Part shown: positions 39,837 to 53,244 of the stretch, in pieces | Layout of the letters: every line of letters begins with the position of its first letter | Position numbering within the stretch: position 1 is the stretch's first letter | Source: Octopus bimaculoides | Lineage: Eukaryota | Length of the DNA: 64,000 nucleotides | Assembly (NCBI RefSeq): GCF_001194135.2 | Contig: NC_068982.1 | Span: forward strand, 111,844,231 to 111,908,230 | Reading direction: 5' to 3' | Notes under the pieces: generated by a model | Databases searched by the model: none | What the model was told of the DNA's origin: nothing | What the model saw: only the letters and a program-made list of their open reading frames with translations | Program-made: the position numbers and the translations under genes

Positions 39837-39966
39837 TAAGGTGTCCCAAAAGTAACGCCAAATTCTGAAACAAATTTATTGATGTTAATAAACAAACTTC
39901 AATGCAAAACTATTTTATCATTGCATGTGCAGCTATAAAATCGCCCACTACCTTTGGGACACCCTG
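39837..39966. mobile_element. 130-bp Tc1/mariner-type MITE
   Basis: Terminal inverted repeats TAAGGTGTCCCAAAAGTA and the reverse complement CAGGGTGTCCCAAAGGTA; TA on the left, TG on the right. Confidence 0.7.
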
Positions 39967-40237
39967 TGTGTGCGTATGGTGTATATATTATGTATGTACG
40001 AATGTATATGTACATATGTGTGTGTGTATGTGTGTGCGGAGTCTGTGTGTATACACGTGAAAGTGGATGTATATATCTATATACTTGCGTATGTGGATGT
40101 ATACGCATGTACACATCTACATACATATATACATGCATATGTATGTATATATGTATGTATGTATGTATGTATATTTATCTTATACAGTACATATGTTCTT
40201 CAGATTAATGTGCTATAGACACATTTCTGCTAAACAT

Positions 40238-40268
<31 letters not shown>

Positions 40269-40321
40269 ATTGATGATGATTTATTTTTTATTACCGATTT
40301 TTTTAATGATCGTCATCATTA

Positions 40322-40390
<69 letters not shown>

Positions 40391-40538
40391 CATTATTACT
40401 ATCATCACCTTTGTTAACTATTGTTATTACTCAAGGGTAAATAGCAAACTGTTTTCATGTGTATAATAATTACACTGACCCTACTTCAATTATGCAGTAG
40501 AAGAAGAGAGAGAGTCGGAGTAAGAGAGAGGGGGAGAT

Positions 40539-40623
<85 letters not shown>

Positions 40624-41160
40624 GTGGAAGACAGAGAGTGAGAGAGAAGGGTGAGTGAGACAGAGTGGGAGAGAGAGAGAAATTATTTCCATGAACCTCA
40701 GATAATATCAGGCAACATACATGCATATACACATACAACAACAACACACATATATAATATGCCTACGTACATAAATCCATATACACTTTTGTACACACAC
40801 ATACGCTCAGGTCTGTTGTGGGTTACACTATGATTCGACGCTCTGACAGCAATGTTACATATTGATTACATTCTCCGAATGTTGCAGACCAATTTGGGAA
40901 TCTGCATTCAGAACAACTGAAATGGCGAGAATTTGTAACAAACATGTTTATACAAACAGCACCAATGTCTAGATACACGGAGACACACCTCCTACAAGTT
41001 GTAAGCACATATGCACGCATACAGAGACACGCGGAAGCAGATATACGCATTAGTGTATATATTATAAGTGTTTGTATGCGTGTGCATGCATATATATAAC
41101 ATGTGTGCATGAATATATAACGGTATATGTTAATGTTTATATATTTACATGATTATGTAT

Positions 41161-41201
<41 letters not shown>

Positions 41202-41303
41202 TGTAATACACATTTACATATGCACATGGATGGATGGATGAATGTGTATAGAGACGTGTACAGATTCCCGCATCGCTAGTTAGATATACACATGCGGGAC
41301 TAT

Positions 41304-41348
<45 letters not shown>

Positions 41349-41654
41349 TCTGTGAGCGCGCTTGCGCACGCGTAAGTGTATATGTACATAAACATATATG
41401 CTTGCTTTCATAAGTTTCCAAATCAATAGAGACGTTGTATCCAACGTGTTTGATTGTAAATGTGTAAGCTATAGTCTACTTACATTTACAGTTCCTTCAC
41501 TAATGGTTCATTGTTGAGCTTGATGTAAAGCAGATGAAAGTAAATCGTGATTATAATGGTTTACTTAGATAGGCAAGAAGCCAGAAATTTGGGTGACGTT
41601 GTAGATGTTGTTGTTGCTGGCGGTGGCAGTGTTGTTAGTGTTGGTACTGGTGTT

Positions 41655-41900
41655 GTAGTTTAGCCCAAGGTCAACCCTGATCGAGCAGATACACATATGG
41701 TAGATCAGTAGTGTTTCAACAGTGACCATTCCACCTTTTTTTTTCAGGCATAGTATATCTAGGATTACATTATCCAGTGTGTCCGTTGCTTGTTTTATGT
41801 GTGCGCTTTTTTTTTTTTGAAAATGGTTGAGTGTGATTTGAGGATGGTTTAGCTGCTATTTCTAGCGGGTACAGCGTCCACGTAAAAGCTTCGCCTGTGT
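41655..41900 (+). mobile_element. Interspersed repeat family D (unclassified)
   Basis: ccctgatcgagcaga..tcaa..cattcc and ggagattt(g/a)gctgctatttctagc motifs recur near 6040-6090, 47240-47330, 59340-59520, 60010-60070 and 63940-64000. Confidence 0.55.
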
Positions 41901-42309
41901 CTCGTTGATATCGGTGTTGATAGCAGTATTGGCGACAGTGGTGTTGGTGGTGCTGCCGTTGTTGATTGTGTTGGAAAGGAAACGGGTCTTTATAACGTTT
42001 CATGTCATTTGACGTGGTGTGCCAAGTCAAGCGGCTCCAAGTGGTAATAGAAACCGTGTCCGTGGGATCATTTACTGCTGCATTACTACTTCGACCACAT
42101 ACACAATGGCGAATATAAACAACAGAAGAGGGTTTATGTTAGTTGTTTGTGTGCGTAGGTATGTGTAATTGGTGAAAGTGCGTGTGTGTTGGTAGTGGTT
42201 AGAAGGAAAAGAGAGTAACATTTATATTACTCGACTTTTGTCTCTATTTCTCATCTAATTCATGCCGGCACTGACTATATTACAAGTCTACCAATCATAG
42301 CCCGGAATA

Positions 42310-42515
42310 TGATTTCTAACTTTGGCACATGGCCATACATTACTTTCATAGAAAGGAGAGAACAATCGATTAAATTTAACCCCACTCCTCACCAATACTT
42401 GGTTGGTAGTTATGTTATCGACCCCGGAGAAATAAAAGGCAAAGTTGACTCTTCCGGCGGGATTTGAACTCAGAACTTAAAGGGAGGTAATTGAATATCT
42501 CCTAATATTTACCCG
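42310..42515 (-). mobile_element. SINE family A, diverged
   Basis: ttggcacatggcc..ttatcgaccccgga..aaaggcaaagttgac..gatttgaactcagaac. Confidence 0.82.
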
Positions 42516-43102
42516 CCGCTCTGATATTTATATTAATGTTTGCTAACACAGGCACATAGCCAGATATTCGTGATATCGATAATATAGACCCTTGTATGTA
42601 ACTGGTAATTCAGACCACCCAGAATGAGTAAACAGTGTTGAACTTAGAATTTAAAGGGATGTCGACTATATCACTACGCATATTGTTCGACTTTCTAAAA
42701 ACACAAGAAATACAATGATAATGATGTTATTTAACAAAATGGCGGAAAGCTGGCAGAATCGTTAACAAGTTGGGCGAAATGCTTAGCGGCATTTCGTCCG
42801 CTAAGCGTTTGATATCCACAAAGGCAGATATCAAAGGCAAAGTCAGCCATTGAGAAATATGAACTCAGAATGTAGTGAAATATAGTTGTTTATCACATGA
42901 AGTTTTTTCGACTACTCTATGATAATTCCTGTCTATTTTGACACGAGGTTAACAATTTCTTTTATCGGTCCCAAAGGTCTAAAAGCGTTGTGGGACAATA
43001 CAAAGGCAAAACCACCAATGAAAGAGTGGATAATTTAAAAGAGAGATATCAACACTAACAAAAAAGGAACAGTTATAAGTCGGTTATAATAACTAGTAAT
43101 AG

Positions 43103-43241
43103 TCGTTTCTACTATAGACACAAGACCTGAAATATTGGAGAGGGGGATAGTCGATCACATCGAACCCTATACTCAACAGATACTTATTTTATCGACCCCG
43201 AAAGGATGAAATGCAAAGTCGACCTCAGCGGAATTTGAACT
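43103..43241 (-). mobile_element. SINE family A, 5'-truncated
   Basis: cacaagacctgaaat..ttatcgaccccgaaaggatgaaatgcaaagtcgacctcagcggaatttgaactc. Confidence 0.85.
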
Positions 43242-43298
43242 CCCGTAAGAACTAGTAATAATGATACAGAGAAACAAAATAACTGCAATAACTATCTC

Positions 43299-43343
<45 letters not shown>

Positions 43344-43597
43344 GAGAGTGAAGTGCTGAATGAATCGAGTGCACATGCACTCAAGGACACTGAAAGACTG
43401 AGCACTCACAGCAGCATAAGGCAAACACACTCACACACACACACGTACACACACACACACACACGTACACNNNNNNNNNNNNNNNNNNNNNNNNNNNNNN
43501 NNNNNNNNNNNNNNNNNNNNNNNNNNNNNNNNNNNNNNNNNNNNNNNNNNNNNNNNNNNNNNNNNNNNNNNNNNNNNNNNNNNNNNNNNNNNNNNNN

Positions 43598-43630
<33 letters not shown>

Positions 43631-44045
43631 CATATATATATATATATATATACATATGCACATATATATACACAACTAGGTAGCAGAGCATATGAACAGA
43701 CTTGTATTAATAAAAGCTCGTTTCCGAGTCGCTAATCACGCGGGTGGGACGCCAGTCTATGATATGTTACTCTCTTTAAAATATCTGATATTAATACACT
43801 TTCCCCTCATCGCAATCTTACGCAACCAAAGATTAAGCAGTCTCTCGCCAATTCAAGTTTCCTTCGACATCTTTGAAAGACACCTATCACTACACTTATT
43901 TAAAGAGAAAATAAAAGACGTCGAAATGGAATAGTCGGTAGAGCCCCTGAGGTCAATTTATCAATTTTTATTCTCGGAATAGGCTTCATGAAGGAACTAC
44001 TATTGAAGGGTTCACAATGTGGGTGCAGACATGACTGTGTATATT

Positions 44046-44440
44046 GGCGTAGGTTTGGTAGTGCGTTCAAGAGGCTCGCTTTGCAACCGGGTGGTTTCGG
44101 ATTTAGTTCCATTGCATGGCACTTTGGGCAGATGTTTCATACAACAGCTTCGGGGTCGACCAATGGCTTGTAACTGAATGCAGTAGACAGTAGACAGAAA
44201 ACTGAGTGGAAGCCCATCGTGTATATATATGTATATAAATGTATGTGTGTGTGTGGGTGTCTTTTTGTCTCCATATGGCTTGGCTGCCGATATTGGTTTG
44301 TCTACGTCCTCGTAACTTAGCGGCTACAACAAAGACATCGCTAGAATTAGCACTTAAAAATAAGTTCTGGCGTCGACGTGTTCGACTAAAACCTTTCAAA
44401 GCAGTGTCTCAGAATGGCCGCATTCTAATGACTGAAATGT
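44046..44440 (+). mobile_element. SINE family B
   Basis: ggcgtagg..aagaggctcgctttgcaacc..ggcactttgggcagatgt..gtcgacgtgttcgactaaa..gaatggccgca. Confidence 0.85.
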
Positions 44441-45699
44441 ACGGAACCTAAAAGAGCTCACCCCACCAATCCTTTCACCATTACTCTGTGAATACGGCAA
44501 TAACGGAAGGAAACAGACTCCTAATACTATCAACGCTCTACTCATGAATGACTCAAAACTAAAACATTGAGACACATAATGAAACCCTGGCAGTAGGATT
44601 GAACTCATCACCTTCTCGACTAAAACGTTCAGATACAAAGTAATCAAAATTTATAAATTACTGGTACATTAACAATGTTTTGTTTTAGTGCTACAATGTT
44701 TTTCAAAATTTATCTATAGACTTTGGCCAATACTGTGTATGTAATATAGACACCTATAAATAAGTTGTATAAATCTGTGTAGACATCGAAGGAGCGATAA
44801 GATGGAATAGTTTCAATCCTCAGTTAGGACTTCATCATCAACCGAGCAACTTCTTAAACAGAAATACTGCTTACAAAACCCTTTGTTACTGAGGTCTTAA
44901 GTAAATTGGAAATACCGAGATGCATATATAATACATTGCTGGTTGTTAATGTCTTAATAGTGTTTTGTTTCAATGTTATAGTGTACTTTAGAATATATAT
45001 ACATATATCTTTTAGCAAACACTGTAAATATAGCCATGTGTAAAGGACTTAATTCAGAAGAATGTCCTCATATTTAATTAAAAAACTTCGTTGCTCACTA
45101 AATATAACCGTATATTTGCATTAAAGAACTCAGTTGCATATAAATATTTTAAATCAGAAAATCCCTTATTAAATAATGAGATACATATAAATTTAGTTTT
45201 AATTTACTTAAATTCATATTGTATTAAATAAGACAATCTTTAACCTTATGAAACTCGTCGTGGTACATTAAAACCATGATATGGACCACTAGTGGTCCAA
45301 CCGGACCACGATGTGCATGATTGGTATATACAATATTATCTTTTACTGTCCAGGAAGACGATGTAAATAGCACGAGATATTGATATCTGTCCATACATGT
45401 ATTGTTGGTTAAAAAACCTATATAGATATTTTTCTAATGTAAAATAAAACAAAGTAATTTGATTCATCTCTACGGTTGCTGTTAATTGTACATAATTATT
45501 TCTGAAATCAGTTGAAATCCGTTAGTTCTAGAAGAAGGGAAGAGTTGGTCGATTAGATACTACCTCCACGGCACTTGATTTCTCTCACGGAGGACATAAA
45601 GTCACTTGTTCATCGAGGGAAATATACTGTAGTTTCAATGGCCCACAGTGACTACTTGGTATGTATTTTATCTCCTCTTCCTTGGATATATATATACAT

Positions 45700-45900
45700 A
45701 TATATACCAGAGTAAGCACATAAATGCGAAATAAGGTGGAAAAAATAATACTCGAATACCAGAGGTAGAGTAAAATGCTTTATTAAAAAGCAGTAAAAAT
45801 ATCACAAAAACTGTTACTCAGAGACTCACGTTCCCGTTCGTCAGGAACGTGATTCTCTGAGTAACAGTCTTTGTGATATTTTTACTGCTTTTTAATAAAG
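45700..45900. mobile_element. Fold-back element, 57-bp arms with 2 mismatches and a 9-nt loop
   Basis: 45778-45834 is the reverse complement of 45844-45900. The centre has a minus-strand CTGACGA-ACG-GGAA-CGT hammerhead-like scaffold. Confidence 0.88.
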
Positions 45901-46427
45901 TGTATATANNNNNNNNNNNNNNNNNNNNNNNNNNNNNNNNNNNNNNNNNNNNNNNNNNNNNNNNNNNNNNNTATATATATATATATATATATGTACGTTC
46001 ATGTATGTGAATATCCCTAAACATAACGATATATATATTTATAATATACATACATACACATATACACACACATATATATATCGAGAGTGAGTGGAGGGAG
46101 AGAGATGAGGAATAATAATATTAGTAATGGACAAATATAATACCATTGTTTTCTTCTGTAGTCGTTGGTCACGTGTATATGTCGACAATTCTTTGGTCAC
46201 GTGATACAGTTTGGCGCCCAATTAATGTATCTATATTTCGCGTTCTTTTCTTCCCCACCTTCTCTTTTGAAATATTCCTCTCTCTCTCTATCTCTCATGG
46301 CAGCATATGTTTCAGTGTAATACTTTCTCTTCAACTACACTTCTCTGTTTTTCTATTAGGTTGTCCTGCACTCTCAACTATTTCTGGTTTCTGAACTAAC
46401 AAATGCACGCACACGCACACATATATT

Positions 46428-46520
<93 letters not shown>

Positions 46521-47486
46521 GAGGGAAGAGAGAGGGAGATCCACATATCTTATAGTTCACACATCCGATATTGTATACTACGCTAAATTACATGATCAAT
46601 GTTTATGATAACAGTACGATGAAAAGTACAATGTTTGATGTTATCGCACTTAAATATTCAAATAACTGCAAATATAACATATTAATTTTATTTGATTTTG
46701 GGCTCATTGCCAATTTAAGATATAGACTACTGAAATGATCAGTCCCAGAATATTACTGATACTTAATTTAACGTCTCCAAATGACTGGGAGCCAAGTTCG
46801 AATACAACCCTGAAAATGATGTAAAGCAATTAATCCTCCCTTTCTTGTTCTGTCGTCTTGAGCCGAAGGCTGTGTATTTTCAAGGATAATAAAAGCAAAA
46901 GTTAGTGCCTTTCACAAAAAGACTGCGGGGTTCACACCCTCATCAGCTCTTAAAATGCAAACGAGCACTAATATTCGCAGTTGCAGATACATATTTTAAA
47001 AAGCATCCATAGATTAAAACATTGCCAATACTTGACCAAAATTTTATTTTATCAATCCCCTAACAAAAGCAACATTGACTGGCTTCGGTAGAATTTAAAT
47101 CCAGGATCTATAATGTGGAACTAAATGCCGTAAGGGATTTCGTCCGACGATCTACCATTCTTGATAACCCAACAACTTCAGCAGTTAGTCATTTCCAGCA
47201 ATTATCTCACTGTTAAAATATTGATTCTCAATGTTTTTGTTGAGTCCCAGAGCGGCCCTTATCAAGCAGACCTATGATTAAAGGTATTCCGGTTGTAATC
47301 ATCCCATTTTCTCAGGAATCATCTCATTTAGACAGGAATTGACTAGTGTTTATGAAAGGTAATGACAACATAGATAAGATTTTATTCCCGTACGCTAAGG
47401 GGCATAACTAGAATATCTGGTACAGTATAGCTTACTTGTTTCTGTTATTGCAATGTATTTCATCTTGCTGATATTTTCTAGCAGAG

Positions 47487-47670
47487 ACGGCGAGCTGATA
47501 GAAACGTTAGCACGCCAGGCAACATGTTTAGCAACATTTCGTCTCGTCTAAACGTTCTGAGTTCAAATTCCGCTGAGGTCGACTTTGCCTTTCATCCTTT
47601 CGTGATCGATAAAATTATCGGCTTAGCCCTTCCCCCTAAATAGCTAGCCTTTGCCAAAATTTAAAACCAA
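47487..47670 (+). mobile_element. SINE family A with internal deletion
   Basis: ggcgagctgatagaaacgttagcacgccagg..gagttcaaattccgctgaggtcgactttgcctttcatcc. Confidence 0.88.
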
Positions 47671-48484
47671 TATTGGTTTCCAGTTCTGGCACAAGACCAC
47701 AAGCAGATGTCCAGTGCCTCTATCTCTTCATCACTATATAAACGTCTAAAATAATTTGCGAAAAATTATTTAAAGTTAGCAGACATAAAAGAACAAAACA
47801 GAACCGAATAGAATTTGAACTTGGAATCACAAGGAATGTATATAATTGCAACAATGTTTTTCTTGTAATTTAGTACCTTACTATCCTATAATTTTATAGT
47901 CTCCCCACCCCGCCCAAAAACAAAACAAAATAACACGAAAAACAAAACAAACAAAAACTAATAACCAAATAAGGCAATGAGAGCAGATCTATATGTAGTG
48001 AACTAAAATACGTATAAATATATACATTGTATGTTATATATATGCTTAAGAGCGCTTCATCATTTGCTCAGTATGTAGAATATACCACCAGCATTGTCCA
48101 AACGACCTTAAGATCTAGTTCACAATTTATGCAAGGCTGGTAGCCCGTGCTATGCATCTCCTACGCAATTCAGACTCACACACGCACAACACGTAACCAC
48201 ATCGTAACAAAATGACTTTTCCTCATCAGGCCCTGCTCCATTTAATATCATGCGAAAGCAGATGAAACATGAAAGAGGCTGCATAACCTCCAAACAATGT
48301 CTGGACTCTGGACAAATTTCTTCAGATCACCTATGTTAGACATGTCTCAGTCAACAAGAACTCTCTACTTGAGTAGTCTATGTTACTACAAAACTTGACT
48401 TATGATGACTAAACAGATTCTGTCAGGTGGTGCTAATAAGTTAGACTTAGTCCAGGCAAATATTGGCAGAATCATATCAAAGTT

Positions 48485-48532
<48 letters not shown>

Positions 48533-49297
48533 GCACGCACGCACGCACACACACACGCACACACGTACACACACGTACACACGTGCACACACATACGCGC
48601 ACACACAAACAGACACACAAACACTTGTATGTGTGTGTGTGTATAATATAATATAAAGTATATACAAATATAAAGTATATAAAACATGGTTGATATGTAT
48701 AATATACATACATTTATATAATATATTAAAATATAATATATGTATATATACACATGCATACATTAGGCGATGCTTCAAAGTAAAATGAAAGATTGACTTG
48801 GAATTGGAGAAGAAAAAAAAAAGGAACCGATTAAAGAAAAAGAAAAGGAAAAAAGTTTATAGGAATGATTAAGTGATCTAAAGATATATTTTAATGACTG
48901 AGAGAGTAAAATACTTTTGGTATTGATATCGATAAACCCATAGTTATTTCTGAAGCAATTGGATATTCATTGATTGGGAATATTGTAAGAGAGAGAGAGA
49001 GAGAGGGAGAGAGAGAGAGAAAGAGAGAGAGAGAAAGAGAGAGAGAGAGATATGGCGGAGCTGAGAATGACGAAGATATATAAGGGGATATTAAATGCTA
49101 TTTTACTACAATACGCAGAATCCCACACAGAGAACTATATATTCAATCATATCTGTTAAATACATGGCTAACAATTTACTTAATCGAATTCGAGGGGAAT
49201 GAAAAGTAAAGATGATCTCAGCTGGATTTGAACTGACACCGTAAGAGAACGTGACAAAATACAAGAGGTATATTTGTTTAGCACACAGTCGAAATTG

Positions 49298-49338
<41 letters not shown>

Positions 49339-49349
49339 TAATAATAATA

Positions 49350-49540
49350 ATCCTTTCTACTATAGGCACAAGGCCTGAAATTTGGGGGAAGAGACAAGTC
49401 GATTATATTGACCCAAGTGTATAACTGGTACTTAATTTATCGACCCTAAAAGGATGAAAGGCAAAGTCGACCACGGCGGAATTTGAACTCAGAACGTAGC
49501 GACGGGCGAAATACCGCTAACGATTTTGCCAGCTCGCTAC
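49350..49540 (-). mobile_element. SINE family A with a microhomology-bounded deletion
   Basis: Consensus body; the ~21 nt between two GCTAA motifs are missing (ataccgctaa|cgattttgcc). Confidence 0.9.
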
Positions 49541-50478
49541 CTTATTATGACGACGATGATGAGGATAATAATAATAATAATAATAATAATCATAATAATT
49601 TCTCCCAAAGGATCAAGGCCTCCATGTTTTAGGGAAACAGGGTTAGTCGATTAACCCTGTGACTGTTCTGTGAATCACATATGATACACGGGACATTTTT
49701 TCCTGACGTCTATGCACCATATATGGTACACATTTCCATTTTGATTTTTACCTCTGTAAGAGTAACTTCATACTTATGAAGGGAAAACTTTCAGAACATA
49801 CGAAACAAGGATTTGCTAAATGTCTGAGAACGAGCGTGAGTTACAAATTTATGAAAATGCTTTGGACAAGCAAAGAGTTAAATCGATCCCGTACAATGTT
49901 GATATTCTATTTTATCTGTCCCAGAGCAATAAAAAGTAAAGTTGACCATAAAGGATTTTAATTGAGGATTTAAAGAGGTCTCAGTATAAAAGTAATGATT
50001 TATGCTATATGTAAACGGTCACATGTTTCGGAGAAGGTATTATAGTAGTGTTTAAATCAGCACAGTACTTTACTAGCACAACATCGGGAAGGATGAAAGG
50101 TAGAGTTGTCTTCAACGAGATTTGATCGCAGGGCTTAATGGTACATAACTAAATAGTACAACGTGTCCGTCGCTCTAGTGATTCAGCTAATACATTATCC
50201 AAGAAAAGACAAAACAGTAGCAGAAGCGAAAAATATTTGTGAAGTGGTATAGCAAAATTGAGTGGGCTGATATAAGGCAGCTGGGTCAGAATTATATCTC
50301 GACCTTTGTGTTCGCTGTTGTTCAATGTACCAAATCTCTTTACTCAAAGCACGCACGCGCACAAGCACATACATTTACATGCGCGCACGCAAACACATAT
50401 GCACACTGCCGACGCACACTGGATTCATAGAGAAATTTCTTACAGAAATCTTGATAATACGTATATATNNNNNNNNNN

Positions 50479-50528
<50 letters not shown>

Positions 50529-51198
50529 CATCTGTGTGGGTACATATATGCATGTGTACACACACACACACGCGCGCACACACACACAAACAATCACGTA
50601 TAGTGTTTAATTGTATCATTTTATTATAATTTGCATCGAAATGTTTCGGACAATCTGGAATGTAGATATCCAAAATGGCTGAAAAATTCGATAAAATGTA
50701 AATGCAAAGCACGAGTAATGGCGAATAACATAGTGACGTCAGGTTAGAAATCAAATAACTAAGTTATCGATCAGAATAGAGCTTACAATAGCTGAGGGAT
50801 AATAGTACAACGTAGACATCCCTTAGCCCTTGAACGTTCATACACATACACAGACACATATATACACATAATTTGAAATCCAAGCATGGATTGCTCCACA
50901 ACTGTTAAAACGTGAAATATCAGAGATAACTCTTCGTACAGTGAGAAGCTGAAGACGAAACCTTCTGATAATTATGGATGTTCCGAAAATTAGCCATGGA
51001 TATTTACTATAAAATTGACGTCAAACAATTCATCTTTCGGATTTCTAGTATTCAAACAATTTATCGATTAAGTTTGCTATTTAGTCTTAATAATCTATCT
51101 TATCATCATTTCTAGAGAGAAAACAAACATAATTAGACATAAATCAGATTCGCGGAAGAATAAATGGTTTCCGCTGCAGCTTTAAAATTACCTACTTC

Positions 51199-51239
<41 letters not shown>

Positions 51240-51477
51240 CAGCAGCAGTAGCAGCGGTAGCAGCAGCAGTACAAGTCACAACTGTTGTTGTGGTAGTAGT
51301 AGCGGTGGTTTGGTGGCGAAGTGGTACACTTAGCTATAGTAGTGGTGGTAGTAGTAATAGTAGTATTAGTAGTGATGCTGCCTGAGATAATAGAAATTGT
51401 AGTCATGAGAATAGTAGTAGTGGTATTACTATTATTATTATTATTATTATTATTATTGTTAGTAATAGTAGAAGCAA

Positions 51478-51687
51478 AGCGGCGAGTTGACAGAATCGTT
51501 AGCACGCCGGTCAAAATGCTTAGCGGCATTTCGTCCATCGCTACGTTCTGAGTTCAAATTCCGCCGAGGTCGACTTTGCCTTTCATCTTTTCGGGGTCGA
51601 TGAAATAAGTACCAGTTATGCACTGAGGTCGATGTAATCGACTAGCTCCCCACTCCTCAAATTTCAAGCCTTGTGCCTATAGCAGAA

Positions 51688-51690
<3 letters not shown>
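51478..51690 (+). mobile_element. SINE family A with (TTA)n tail
   Basis: Near-consensus copy followed by attattatt. Confidence 0.93.
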
Positions 51691-51739
<49 letters not shown>

Positions 51740-52135
51740 GTAGTAGTAGTAGTAGTAGTGATACATGCTGCATTAGCTGTTGGCCGACTTTGCTTCCTTC
51801 TGTGATCGATAAAATAAGTACTTGCCGTTGTTTTTAGCACCAGTAAACCGATGATCAAACGCATTCCAGCAGAGACTTTGCCTTTTTCTTTATCTAATGN
51901 NNNNNNNNNNNNNNNNNNNNNNNNNNNNNNNNNNNNNNNNNNNNNNNNNNNNNNNNNNNNNNNNNNNNNNNNNNNNNNNNNNNNNNNNNNNNNNNNNNNN
52001 NNNNNNNNNNNNNNNNNNNNNNNNNNNNNNNNNNNNNNNNNNNNNNNNNNNNNNNNNNNNNNNNNNNNNNNNNNNNNNNNNNNNNNNNNNNNNNNNNNNN
52101 NNNNNNNNNNNNNNNNNNNNNNNNNNNNNNNNNNN

Positions 52136-52320
52136 CTCCATATATGCCAAAGGCTACGTGTCCAGTCTGCCCGAGATGTGTGGAGAGCAACGAATCTGCT
52201 CTTCCCGAACTCGTTCTATGTCTAAGCTCTACTAATTTGTCAAGCAGTCTCGGCAGTGGCTAAATCGAGTCATCATGAAGATCGCCCTGCCCTTTCTGGT
52301 TAAAAATTCCTTTGATAAAG
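52136..52320 (+). mobile_element. Possible Tx1/L1-type LINE ORF2 C-terminal zinc-knuckle relic
   Basis: Frame TCPVCPRCVESNESALPELVLC resembles the CPRCxxxxETxxHxxxxC motif; His lost; adjacent to a gap. Confidence 0.4.
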
Positions 52321-52526
52321 AAAAACCAACAAAAGTGGTTGTATAGCGGACACGACTGAAAAAGAGTAATAGCGAAGTTTCCTTTTCGGCCTAGCTTCAT
52401 CAACTTTTATAAGCTTCACTTAAGAAAGATGAAAGTGGAGAGAAAGGTGTTATCCCACCCCTGCTGTATTTGTTAAAATGTGTGTTGCTGGCAAGCATGA
52501 CCCAATGGAATATATGTAATTTTCAG

Positions 52527-52645
52527 AGTGGCAGAGTGTTGGCAACAGGATCATAAGGTTATCGGATCGATATCTGGAACAGAGTGTAGCGTAGTGATTG
52601 ATCTTGAGCAAGGCACTTCGTGCCACATTGCTTTAGTTTACACAG
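52527..52645 (+). mobile_element. Old tRNA-derived SINE with a Nin/Deu-like central motif
   Basis: tRNA-like head, then cttgagcaaggcactt..ccacattgctttagtttacacagctcaaaatgagtac. Confidence 0.6.
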
Positions 52646-52823
52646 CTCAAAATGAGTACAAACCGAGTCCTGACACAGCCATCCATTCCTCTATCCATCC
52701 CTCCGTCCATCACATCCTTGATGTTCAGCTGGTTAGCTGGATCAATAATGGGAGGATCAAGGATGGGTCTATGAAAACACGAGGCACCTAAACTAAACAT
52801 CAAAGTGTGAAACGAAAATCTAA

Positions 52824-52861
<38 letters not shown>

Positions 52862-53174
52862 CTGCGAAGCTTAGTGGTTGTCGTGTAACTGTCAGGTCCT
52901 CTTTGATCGAGTGAACCCATGTCAAACAAGCCCAGTTTTATAGGATCAACGTTAGAGAAGAAACACAACTGTTTGGTGTCTGTGAAGATATGGAACACAT
53001 GTCCCGCTTAGATATTGTTTGATGATTGATTCAGTGTATTTTATTTTACTGTCTTAAATATGAAAGGAAAAGTTAGTGAAATGTCTGTTGTATGAAATAT
53101 GGGTGAACGTCACAGTAGAAAAATGGCTACTGTGTGGGGCGGAGATCGATTGATCAAAGTAAAAGATATGGAGA

Positions 53175-53208
53175 CTGTGGAAATGTAGCAGCAGCAGCAG
53201 CAGCAGTT

Positions 53209-53244
<36 letters not shown>

